A DNA stretch of 64,000 bases from Gammaproteobacteria bacterium (lineage in GTDB: Bacteria > Pseudomonadota > Gammaproteobacteria > G965277405): assembly GCA_965277405.1 (NCBI GenBank), contig OZ255726.1, positions 608,001 through 672,000 on the forward strand, in the 5' to 3' direction. The notes beneath the pieces were generated by a model that saw only the letters and a program-made list of their open reading frames with translations, was not told the origin of the DNA and ran no database searches. Numbering within the stretch: the stretch's first letter is position 1; every line of letters begins with the position of its first letter. The translations under genes were made by a program, and so were the position numbers. Of this stretch, positions 32,890 through 42,074 are shown one piece after another.

Positions 32890-33173
32890 GGAACCTCTGA
32901 TTAAGTCGCTGATGGAGCGAGTTTGATGGCAATTGCTGATGATTGCAAGGCGCATTCCGCAGGCGCATGCTGTAGCATATACGCCAAGGGATGCAACACA
33001 GCAAGTACCGCTACCATCAAACCGTTGTATATTCAACAGAAGGACGGGAAAAAACGCTGCGCTAACGTCGTTGCAGCACTTAATAATACCACCAGTATTA
33101 TCTGCGCACTGCGTCTAGTTATCATCAGCGTTTTTTCTCCGTCTCGCCCATCATGGACTTAATCAGAGATTCC
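32890..33173 (+). mobile_element. MITE (284 bp) with TTAG target duplication
   Basis: TTAG-GGAACCTCTGATTAAG...CTTAATCAGAGATTCC-TTAG. Confidence 0.92.
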
Positions 33174-33177
33174 TTAG

Positions 33178-34416
33178 GGAAGCTCTGATTAAGACTCGCA
33201 TATATTCCAATAACTCGCATATACTCCAAAAAAATAATAGCAATAATTTTCAATGGTCAATATTTGACCATTTCGCTGATCTTCGTGTTGCTGTTTTACT
33301 GTTTTTTACTGTTTTTTATTGTTTTTCTTGAATTTTGGGCGGTTCTATCCTGTTAGTCGTCCTCGCAGCATGTATAAGTTCGTCAATGCAAGCAAAGAAA
33401 ATACTTGTACTCGATTCTTTTCTAGTCCTTTGTAGCGAGCTTTCTTATAACCAAACTGACATTTGATTACCCGAAAACAGTGCTCAATCCGGGCGCGCAC
33501 CTTAGAGTTCTGTGTATTGCGTTGGCGCTGCGAGGTGCTCATTTGCTGCTTTGGCTTGCGTTTATCATTCACACGCCAATCTATCCCAAGGTGACGCGAG
33601 CCGCGTTTATAACTGTCGCTCGTATATCCTGCATCGGCAAAGATGACCTTATCTGTTTCAAGCAGCAATTTGGGGAGTTCATTGATGTCCTCTTCATTCG
33701 CGGCTGTCGTGGTGGACCGCGGCTGTGGTGGTAGGCATTGCCGCGCTATGAATCATATTGCTATTAGCGTCAGTTCCTATATGAATCTTCATGCCAAAAT
33801 ACCACTGCTTGTCTTTCCTTGTTTGCTGCATTTCAGGATCCCGTTTTTTCTCTTTATTCTTCGTAGATGATGGCGCATTGATGGTCGTGGCATCAACCAT
33901 TGTCCCTTGTGAGATTATTATATTATTTTCCATACAATACTCATTCACGACAGCAAGTATCTTGACGCTGAGTTGATGTTTTTCTATGATCCTGCGGGCA
34001 AGTTCAAGATGGTAGTTTCATCAGGGATGGCATCGTCTATCAGCTCTATATGGGCAAAACGCCGCATGCTTTCCATGTCATATAGTGCTTCTTCTACCCC
34101 TGGGTCTGATAAGTTGTACCATTGCTGTAAAAAATAAATGCGTAACATGGTCTGCATATTAATCGGTGGGCGGCCATTCCCTTTCTTGGGATAATGCGGT
34201 TCTATTAACTCTAACAACTGTTGCCATGGAGCTAATTTGTCCATTAACTGCAAGAATTTTTCACGTTTTGTTGTTACTTTCTTGTGGTCGTATGCAGCAC
34301 TGGCAAAAGTTGTTTGTTGCATAAGATTATCCGCTTATTCAAATATTCAAATAGATTCACCATTGTATATCTTTGTAGCTGATATTGCTGTTGTTTGGGA
34401 CTTAATCAGAGCTTCC
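33178..34416 (-). mobile_element. IS5-family insertion sequence, 1239 bp
   Basis: Perfect 16-bp TIR GGAAGCTCTGATTAAG, TTAG direct repeats on both sides, DDE transposase. Confidence 0.95.
33345..34322 (-). pseudogene. IS5-family transposase broken by two frameshifts
   Basis: Three pieces: MLRIYFLQQWYNLSD..PDETTILN / VDATTINAPSS..QWYFGMKIHIG / ADAGY..RARIEHCFRVIK.FGY.KARYKGL. Confidence 0.9.
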
Positions 34417-34582
34417 TTAGGAGACTAAATGCTTCTCATCCGTTAAATAAGCACGATTGCAGTTTCTCCATGGGTGGAATGCAGGGCGATATTTGCATTG
34501 CGGGTTTCAAGCGCTGGCGCGACATATTGAATTTTGACGGACAGCAAGCTGATATTATTAAGTTACCACAACGGAGACTATC

Positions 34583-35536
34583 GTGAAATATACCAAATTT
34601 GAGGCCAAAGAATATGCGAGAGAAAATATGCGCGGTATTTGGGCTGCCGCGTTAAACCCTTTTCATCAAGATGGATCATTTAACGCGGCTGGTCTGCGTG
34701 CCAATATTCGGCATTGGATTGATGATTTGGATATTCAGGGTCTTTTCATCGCAGGTAAGCAAGGAGAATTTTTTTCTATGTCAGTCACTGAACGCAAACA
34801 CAATTTCGAAATTGCGGTTGATGAATGCGGTGATAAGGCTGCGACAATTATGTCTGCATCCGACCAAAATGTGAACACAGTTTTAGAGCTTGCCTTGCAC
34901 GCGCAGAATTGCGGGGCTGATTACGTCGTTGTCCATGCACCTGTATTGAGTTTCTGCCACGACCGTGCTGCCCTGTTGCTTAATTATTACCAACATCTTT
35001 GCGATCACCTTGAAATTGGCATTGCCATGTGGAGCCATCCTGACAGCGGCTATCTTATGGAACCAGAAATCTGCGCGCGCATTGCCAAGTTACCAAATAT
35101 TGTGGCTATAAAATATTCGGTACCGCGTGAAATGTATGTGCGCCTCTCGCATCTGGTTGGTAATAGTATCCATGTTTCTACCTCAACAGAAGATGACTGG
35201 TTAGACAATATCGAGGAATTGGGTTGGAAACTGTATCTTTGTTCATCTCCTCCTTATCAATTACAAAGCAAGAATGATCGACGCATGCACGACTATACGC
35301 AACTGGCGTTTGCAGGGAAATTCAAAGAAGCGCGGCTAGTAAGAGACAGTTTAAACCCAGTTCGTGATGCGATTAAGAATACCAAACCAGGCGGTAAACC
35401 TACCGCCCATGGAAAATATTGGCAAGAACTATTAGGACAAGTTGGTGGGTGTGTCCGCCACCCTATGTTAGAACTAACAGACGAGGAAAAAGAACGGATA
35501 CGCAAGGCGTTTAATTGCTGCGGTTTACGATTGTAA
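34583..35536 (+). CDS. DapA/NanA (DHDPS) family class I aldolase-like protein, non-canonical active site
   Basis: GIWAAALNPF, GKQGEF, GADYVVV, PNIVAIKYS (Schiff-base Lys); GTG start with GGAG RBS. Confidence 0.85.
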   Translation: MKYTKFEAKEYARENMRGIWAAALNPFHQDGSFNAAGLRANIRHWIDDLDIQGLFIAGKQGEFFSMSVTERKHNFEIAVDECGDKAATIMSASDQNVNTVLELALHAQNCGADYVVVHAPVLSFCHDRAALLLNYYQHLCDHLEIGIAMWSHPDSGYLMEPEICARIAKLPNIVAIKYSVPREMYVRLSHLVGNSIHVSTSTEDDWLDNIEELGWKLYLCSSPPYQLQSKNDRRMHDYTQLAFAGKFKEARLVRDSLNPVRDAIKNTKPGGKPTAHGKYWQELLGQVGGCVRHPMLELTDEEKERIRKAFNCCGLRL

Positions 35537-35704
35537 CTGTGGCATCGTCGCTGTGCAGATAGCTGTGATTTTTTTGTTAAAAATTCGGATAGTCGCTGCG
35601 TCGATAACTAAACAGCAGCGATGAACCGATACAGATTAAAAACTTGAGCAGCTAAACCTGTCGCAGTTGGGCGGTTAATGATATGTCCAGCGCTAAATAC
35701 CTGT

Positions 35705-35997
35705 GGAACCTCTGATTAATTCCATGATGGGCGAGATGGAGAAAAAACGTTGATGAAACTTAAGCGCAGTGAGCAGATAATACTGGTGGTCTTGTGGGTG
35801 CTGCCAAGTGCTGCAACGACGTTAGCGCAGCGTTTTTTCCCGTCCTTTTGTTGAATATACTTTGGGTTTGCTGCAGCGGTACTTGCTGTGTTGCATCCCT
35901 TGGCATATATGCTACGGCATGCGCCTGCGGAATGCGCCTTGGAATCATCAGCAATTGCAGGCAAACTCGCTCCATCAGCGAGTTAATCAGAGGTTCC
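35705..35997 (-). mobile_element. MITE (293 bp), inverted orientation
   Basis: GGAACCTCTGATTAA...TTAATCAGAGGTTCC; internal sequence is the reverse complement of the other copies; flanks CTGT/TTAA do not match. Confidence 0.9.
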
Positions 35998-36196
35998 TTA
36001 AGTCCATGATGGGCGTGACGGCGCAACAACGCTGCTGATAACTTAAGTGCAGTGCCAAGCTAACACTGCTGGGTCTTGTGGGTATTGTGGGTATTGTGGG
36101 TATTGCCAAGTACTACAACGACGCAGCGCAGCGTTTTTTTCCGTCCCTCTGTTGCATATATATACTTTTGGTATGCGGCAGTTGTTTATGCTTATT
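35998..36196 (-). mobile_element. Older degenerate MITE copy (partial), contains (TGTGGGTAT)x3
   Basis: TTAAGTCCATGATGGGCG...GCGCAGCGTTTTTTTCCGTCC aligns with 35716-35870. Confidence 0.75.
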
Positions 36197-37395
36197 AAGA
36201 CCATTGCATTAACAGATATTTTCATAATAAATATCTGTATTCCTCATCACTCAAAAAATCATCTTATGCGGAGTATCAACAGGTTAAAATCTTAGTTTTA
36301 GTGATGCTTTGGTGGAAATTCCCTCTAGTAAACTTGATTGTTTGAAGACCTCATAGATTGGAAAGATCTTCGCCAACACCTGCGCATTGTGCGTGGAGAC
36401 TATGACAATATCAGTATGTTTCAAATACTCTTATTACCAACATGGTACGACTTAGCGGATGAAGCAGTGAGCCATGCAGTTGCTCGCGCTTTAGTTTTCT
36501 TAAACTTTTGTAATTTTACTCTTGCAGGCAGCTAATGCGGCAATGTGTGTCGTTTTCGGAAAAAGGTAACCACATAATCTTTTCAAAGCCCTCCTTGATA
36601 GCAGCAACGCTGCCATTGAACGTCACGGCTTAAAACTTAGCAATGCCAATATGTATCGGCGGATGCTACGTTGATACAAAGTGCTCGTCGTCCACGCCAG
36701 AAGCTATCGAGTACGAATTAGCGGATGGAACATATGAATTAGGAGAAGTTTAATATGCCGATGATGTTGCTGCGTCATGGATGAGCAAAGGTGATAAGTT
36801 GCTGTATGGATATAACTCTACTGTTGTAACAGATGAACATGGTATAGCGTAATCTATTGATACGCATGCGGCGAATACCAGCGAGATGGGTAGATTTTCA
36901 GATTGATATAGCACAAAGTAGGGCAAACGCTTATGTATGGATATGGATAGGATAAGGGAGCTGCCAGCAAAGCAAATCTAGGTGATAAGCTAATTCATGA
37001 TGGAATTATGCGGAAAAAGCCACGCGGTAAAGCAATGCCACACTGGCAAAAGGTTGGTAACAAGTTGATATCATCAAAACGTTTTGTGGTCGAGAGAACT
37101 TCCGCACAATGAAAAGGGTGTATGGTCTTCACCGCGCACGATATCTTGGAATAGCCAAAGTCCATGCTGAGGTTATAACTAAGGCGATGGCGTATAACTT
37201 GAAAAGGGCTATCAACTTATATCAAGAACAGCAGAAGTATTGCTCTTAAATGTTGGGAAATAGGACCAAAAAAGACCAGACAAATGGGCATATATGCACC
37301 ATTTTCGGCACATTCTATGTTTTTTTAGTAAAAATCTCCAATTTGCAATGTTTTACTCTTCAAAGCAAAAAGTGATGGGGTATTGCAGTGGTCTT
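36197..37395 (+). mobile_element. Decayed IS5-family (IS1106-like) element with transposase pseudogene
   Basis: Imperfect IRs AAGACCATTGCATTA / TATTGCAGTGGTCTT; remnants MFQILLLPTWYDLAD and KRVYGLHRARYLG.AKVHAE...AYNLKRA; many stops and frameshifts. Confidence 0.8.
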
Positions 37396-37546
37396 GCTAT
37401 GTGTTGCAATCACCGGGTTTGCAGAGATGCCTGGTTATAGTGCCAAGGCTGCGTGTGCTTTGCTGAGAATAAAATTCACAATATCGCGACTTAATTAAGC
37501 ATACCTTTAGTATATTGCGCGTAATACCACCACTCATAAGGAATAC

Positions 37547-38272
37547 ATGCCTTACAAAAAATTGATTGACGGGTTCAGGGTTTTTCAGGCAGATTATCTG
37601 ACAGCAAACAACAAAGATGAATTTCAGAAACTCGTTCTAGAAGGGCAAAAACCTACAACATTAGTGATTGCTTGTTCTGATTCACGCATTGATCCAGCCA
37701 TTATCACCAATAGCAAACCAGGGGATTTCTTTGCAGTACGCAATGTTGCCGCACTCGTTCCACCATATGACAACAGCGATTCCCTCCACGGCACAAGTTC
37801 CGCCATTGAATACGCTGTGCGGTTTTTGCAAGTTAAACATATTGTCATTCTCGGGCATGCAAATTGTGGAGGAATTCAGGCATTGGCAACTAACAATTAT
37901 GCGATCGACACCGATAGCAGTTTCCACTTTATTGAGCAGTGGTTGAACATTGCCAAAGATGCTAAGGAATTAGTGTCTAAGCAGTTTGCCACATATGATC
38001 AAACGACACAAACACGTATCTTGGAGCGTGCCGCGATATTAGTCTCTTTGCATAATTTACTCACGTTTCCGTGGATTGCCGATAAATGTCAGGCGAACGA
38101 ACTCAACATCCATGGCTGGTTTTTTGATATAAACGCTTCTGAATTACTAGAATATGACTGTGAGTCTGCCAGTTTTATCGATGTGCTTAAACATGAAATT
38201 ACCCCGTTAACTACGCATCCTGATATGACTGCATTTCTGAGCAATTGTGATTGCCATAATTTAGCTCAGTAA
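37547..38272 (+). CDS. can: Beta-class carbonic anhydrase
   Basis: CSDSR, RNVAALVP, GHANCGG zinc ligands. Confidence 0.93.
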   Translation: MPYKKLIDGFRVFQADYLTANNKDEFQKLVLEGQKPTTLVIACSDSRIDPAIITNSKPGDFFAVRNVAALVPPYDNSDSLHGTSSAIEYAVRFLQVKHIVILGHANCGGIQALATNNYAIDTDSSFHFIEQWLNIAKDAKELVSKQFATYDQTTQTRILERAAILVSLHNLLTFPWIADKCQANELNIHGWFFDINASELLEYDCESASFIDVLKHEITPLTTHPDMTAFLSNCDCHNLAQ

Positions 38273-38283
38273 TATTGAAATCG

Positions 38284-39018
38284 ATGTTTTCTGAACACAT
38301 CAATACCCATTGTGGCGGTCGAATATTTCACTTTGACAGCATCGCCTCGACGAATTCGTTTCTGATTAACCACGCTGCACCAGCTATTTGTACCGCAAAT
38401 CATCAAACAGCTGGCCGTGGTCGCCATGGCAAAATATGGCAAAGTACAGCAGGCCATGGCATTGCTCTGTCAATATCATGGCCTGTTGATACGCTTGAAC
38501 ATTCAACTGGATTGAGCTTGGTAATTGGTATTGCTGTGTTGCGTGTATTGCAACAATACGGCATTGCCGCAAAAGTAAAATGGCCAAATGATTTACTGAT
38601 ATACAATGGCAATGGTCAATTACAAAAAGTGGCAGGAATATTGATAGAAGTTCACCAAGATGCTGGTGGGCATAAACTTATCATCGGCTGTGGAGTGAAT
38701 GTGTTTTCTGCACCTGATGGTGCAACATTTCTACAACATCATACTAACATTCAGCTAGATATAGCGCTGCTCATCCGCCAGTGTGTTGATGAAATATGCG
38801 TGGCTTGTCAACAATTCTTTCAATATGGATTGCTGACGTTTCGACCACAATGGCTGCAACATGCAGCGTTTATCCACAAGCCAGTCACGCTACAACAAAC
38901 TGATATTATCCACTCTGGCTTGTTTATCGATATAGATACTATTGGGGCTTTAGTCCTTGAGCAGCATGGCATTCATCATGCTTTTAGCAGCGGTACATTG
39001 CGGTTGGCTACACCTTGA
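38284..39018 (+). CDS. birA: Biotin--[acetyl-CoA-carboxylase] ligase lacking the N-terminal HTH
   Basis: STNS, QTAGRGRHG, VKWPNDL, KVAGILIE, IGCGVN; start uncertain (TTG 38275 or ATG 38284). Confidence 0.9.
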   Translation: MFSEHINTHCGGRIFHFDSIASTNSFLINHAAPAICTANHQTAGRGRHGKIWQSTAGHGIALSISWPVDTLEHSTGLSLVIGIAVLRVLQQYGIAAKVKWPNDLLIYNGNGQLQKVAGILIEVHQDAGGHKLIIGCGVNVFSAPDGATFLQHHTNIQLDIALLIRQCVDEICVACQQFFQYGLLTFRPQWLQHAAFIHKPVTLQQTDIIHSGLFIDIDTIGALVLEQHGIHHAFSSGTLRLATP

Positions 39019-39707
39019 TGAGCAGCCTATATATTGACCACGGTAATTCATCGTGCAAGTGGTGCTCTGATGGCGCAAATAATGTGCACAGTGGCAATTT
39101 GGGTGATTTGCGTAAATGGCTGGCTATGTACCCGCAGCAGTCTGTGTATATTGCCTCCGTTAGCGCCAATGCTGCTGCACTTGCTGCACTATTTGGCTGC
39201 GACACTGTGGTTACTTGGCTGCAAAGCAATGCACAATGGCATGAGTTAACCAATGCCTATTCGCCGCCAAATGGTTTAGGTGTTGATCGTTGGTGTGCGA
39301 TGATTGCGGCGTGGGCTAGTCTGCGGCATCAGTCGTTATGCGTTATTAGCTGTGGCAGTGCGACTACAATAGATTTTGTCAATGCTGATGGGCGACATCT
39401 AGGGGGGTTAATTACACTTGGCGTTACGGGGGCATTTCACGCGCTTGCTGGTGCAACCAATCTACCGATAGTTACTGTGCGTGAGCGCATCCAACCATAT
39501 GCGAACAATACCCAAGATGCAATCAATAGTGGTATATTAGGTATGATTGTTAATTGGCTGAACGCGCAAATACAGCAGCAGTTACCATCAAAAATAGTAG
39601 TCTATGGTGGTAATAGCGGCATAATTGCAAAACACTTACAATACCCTTATGTCATTCAAGATCATTTGGCACTTACAGGAATACAACTACAATGCGAATA
39701 CTCATAA
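39018..39707 (+). CDS. coaX: Type III pantothenate kinase
   Basis: IDHGNS, LGVDRW, GSATTID, HLGGLI; follows birA. Confidence 0.88.
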   Translation: MSSLYIDHGNSSCKWCSDGANNVHSGNLGDLRKWLAMYPQQSVYIASVSANAAALAALFGCDTVVTWLQSNAQWHELTNAYSPPNGLGVDRWCAMIAAWASLRHQSLCVISCGSATTIDFVNADGRHLGGLITLGVTGAFHALAGATNLPIVTVRERIQPYANNTQDAINSGILGMIVNWLNAQIQQQLPSKIVVYGGNSGIIAKHLQYPYVIQDHLALTGIQLQCEYS

Positions 39708-40486
39708 TAGTTCTAGCGGTCATCAACGTCGGTGTATTTATCATTTTCTTCCCCGACATCATGAACTCGTGGCAATCACCTGCTATGCAGGATCAGCTGT
39801 CGCAGACCATATTAGCAAAATTCAATAGTAATGATACGCCGCTGCAAAACACTGCTGCGCAGCAATCTACAGCAGTTACTACAGCGCTTAGCGATGCAGT
39901 TAGCCCTACCAGTGCACTCAAACAAAACACTGCAGCTAATAAACAAAATGTCAACAACGCCTCGGTTGCAAGTGATGCCAATGCAGCGACTGTGCCTGTA
40001 GTGACTGAAATACAGGCAATGTGTATCCAAATTCAGCGGTTTAAAACAAAAAAAGCAGCGGAGTCAGTGAAGGTGTGGTTGAAAGCGCGCGGTGTGGTAA
40101 GTTTACTCAAAACCAATGTGCTGTTGGTAGACCAAATGTACCGAGTGTATATTGGCAATACAGTCAGCAAGTCAAATGCCAAGCGCTTACAAGATTGGGT
40201 GGCTGATAAAAGTGTAGATGGTTTTGTATACCGCAGTGGTACTGGGACTTGGAGAGTATCTGTTGGGTCATTTAGTAGTGAAGAACTTGCAAAAAAACAA
40301 GCAGAACAACTCAAACCAAGATTAGAAAACACTGCAATTAAAATCGAACAGTTGGCGCAAACAAAGTCATATTTCACTTTACGCATTGAAGGTGTGTCAC
40401 TCAGTCGCTACGACAGCATTGACGCCATCATTCGCCAACAACAATTAAGCAAATACAAGGTTAGCACGCTTATATGTGGGCAATAA
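39692..40486 (+). CDS. SPOR-domain membrane-anchored periplasmic protein
   Basis: N-terminal TM, low-complexity linker, YRVYIG and WRVSVGSFSSEELA motifs; usual position after coaX. Confidence 0.75.
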   Translation: MRILIIVLAVINVGVFIIFFPDIMNSWQSPAMQDQLSQTILAKFNSNDTPLQNTAAQQSTAVTTALSDAVSPTSALKQNTAANKQNVNNASVASDANAATVPVVTEIQAMCIQIQRFKTKKAAESVKVWLKARGVVSLLKTNVLLVDQMYRVYIGNTVSKSNAKRLQDWVADKSVDGFVYRSGTGTWRVSVGSFSSEELAKKQAEQLKPRLENTAIKIEQLAQTKSYFTLRIEGVSLSRYDSIDAIIRQQQLSKYKVSTLICGQ

Positions 40487-40492
40487 ATAATA

Positions 40493-41179
40493 ATGTGGGT
40501 TGATATCACCACAATTCTTGGACTTACAGCACTCGAGCTCGTCCTTGGCATTGATAATATTTTAATGATATCACTGCTGGTTGCGCATATTCCTCAGGAG
40601 CAGCGCCAAAACGTTCGCCTGCTTGGATTGACGTTTGCTTTGGTTGCGCGCATTTTAATGGTAATAGGTGCTGTATATCTTGCACAAATGGTAGACCCCA
40701 TTGTTTTGATTTTTTCATTGCGTGACTTGTTGTTTTTATTTGGTGGGGCATTCCTGCTGTATAAGTCCACAGAAGAAATCCTGTATATCTTTCGACCCAA
40801 AGATATAGCAGTCAAAACAGTGTCCCCAAAAAAAAGCATCCTAGTGCTGCAGATTATTGCCATGGATATGGTGTTTGCATTAGATTCTGTGCTCACCGCA
40901 ATCGCTGTAACGGAAAACACATGGATCATTATTGTGGCAGTCATTTTATCATTTATCATTGTGATGATTTTCGCAGGAGCAATTAGCGATTTCATCTGGC
41001 GCAACAAGTATATAAAAGTGATTGCTCTGGGCTTTTTATTTGCCATCGGTATTGCGCTTGTGACCGCGGCGTTTCATTTTACCTTCAATAAAAGTATTCT
41101 GTATGCACTGGTTGGAATTGCCTTGGTTATCGAATTTGGGCGTTTAGCATGGTTGCGCTGGAAGCGTCATGCCACGTAA
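40493..41179 (+). CDS. TerC-family integral membrane protein
   Basis: LELVLGIDN, DMVFALDSVLTA. Confidence 0.88.
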   Translation: MWVDITTILGLTALELVLGIDNILMISLLVAHIPQEQRQNVRLLGLTFALVARILMVIGAVYLAQMVDPIVLIFSLRDLLFLFGGAFLLYKSTEEILYIFRPKDIAVKTVSPKKSILVLQIIAMDMVFALDSVLTAIAVTENTWIIIVAVILSFIIVMIFAGAISDFIWRNKYIKVIALGFLFAIGIALVTAAFHFTFNKSILYALVGIALVIEFGRLAWLRWKRHAT

Positions 41180-42074
41180 AAAAATCACCATTGCCACACG
41201 CAAAAGTCCATTGGCAATGTGGCAAACAGAATTTGTTCGCGACCAGCTGCAACAGCTCTACCCAGATATTGAGATTGTCTTACTCCCTATGCTCAGCAGC
41301 GGTGATCTGCGCTTGGATGCCCCATTATATGAAATCGGCGGTAAGGGTTTATTTATGAAAGAACTTGAGCTTGCATTACTCAATGGCTCCGCAGACATCG
41401 CAGTGCACTCGCTCAAGGATGTTCCGGCACGCCTTGAAGAACCATTTTCATTAGCTGCAATTTTGCAGCGCGGCAATGTCCATGATGCTTTAGTTGGCAG
41501 CAGTGGCGGTATCGCGCAGCTGCCAGAAAACGCAATAGTTGGCACATCAAGCAAACGCAGAAAACTACAATTACTTGCGATAAGACCAGACCTACAAATT
41601 ATCCCTGTACGCGGCAACGTGCAGACGCGTTTAGCTACAATACAACCGTCTGTTATTGATGCAGTCGTGTTAGCACAAGCAGGTCTTGAGCGCTTAGGTA
41701 TTGACAGCTATCCTTCTTCACTTTTGTCGACTGATGTCATGCTCCCAGCAGCAGGTCAAGGAGCATTAACAATTGAATGTGTCGCAACAAGAACAGATAT
41801 TATCGAACAGCTTGCTCCATTCCACCACCAACACACGGCAATATGCTGTACCACTGAACGTGATTTTGTTGCTGCCTTGGGTTTGGGATGTACTTCGCCT
41901 GTTGCCGCCTATGCAACGCTTGCAGATGGTATACTGTCGCTACAGACCTATTTTGTTGGTAGCAAGACCTACCGTCAACAACTGTCTGCGGCTGTAGCAG
42001 ACTATCGAACCCTAGGTCAAAAACTCGCTGCGCATATTACCGACGATGAAGTTACGCTTTCCCAGCAACACTAA
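41169..42074 (+). CDS. hemC: Hydroxymethylbilane synthase (porphobilinogen deaminase)
   Basis: IATRKSPLAMWQ, GGKGLF.KELE, AVHSLKDVP, RGNVQTRL, LGCTSP. Confidence 0.95.
   Translation: MPRKKITIATRKSPLAMWQTEFVRDQLQQLYPDIEIVLLPMLSSGDLRLDAPLYEIGGKGLFMKELELALLNGSADIAVHSLKDVPARLEEPFSLAAILQRGNVHDALVGSSGGIAQLPENAIVGTSSKRRKLQLLAIRPDLQIIPVRGNVQTRLATIQPSVIDAVVLAQAGLERLGIDSYPSSLLSTDVMLPAAGQGALTIECVATRTDIIEQLAPFHHQHTAICCTTERDFVAALGLGCTSPVAAYATLADGILSLQTYFVGSKTYRQQLSAAVADYRTLGQKLAAHITDDEVTLSQQH

Noticed and set aside
33345-34322. Programmed frameshifting in the IS5 transposase
   Set aside because: Two separate lesions, one a local duplication, and no slippery A-run at either site; better explained as mutation or assembly error.
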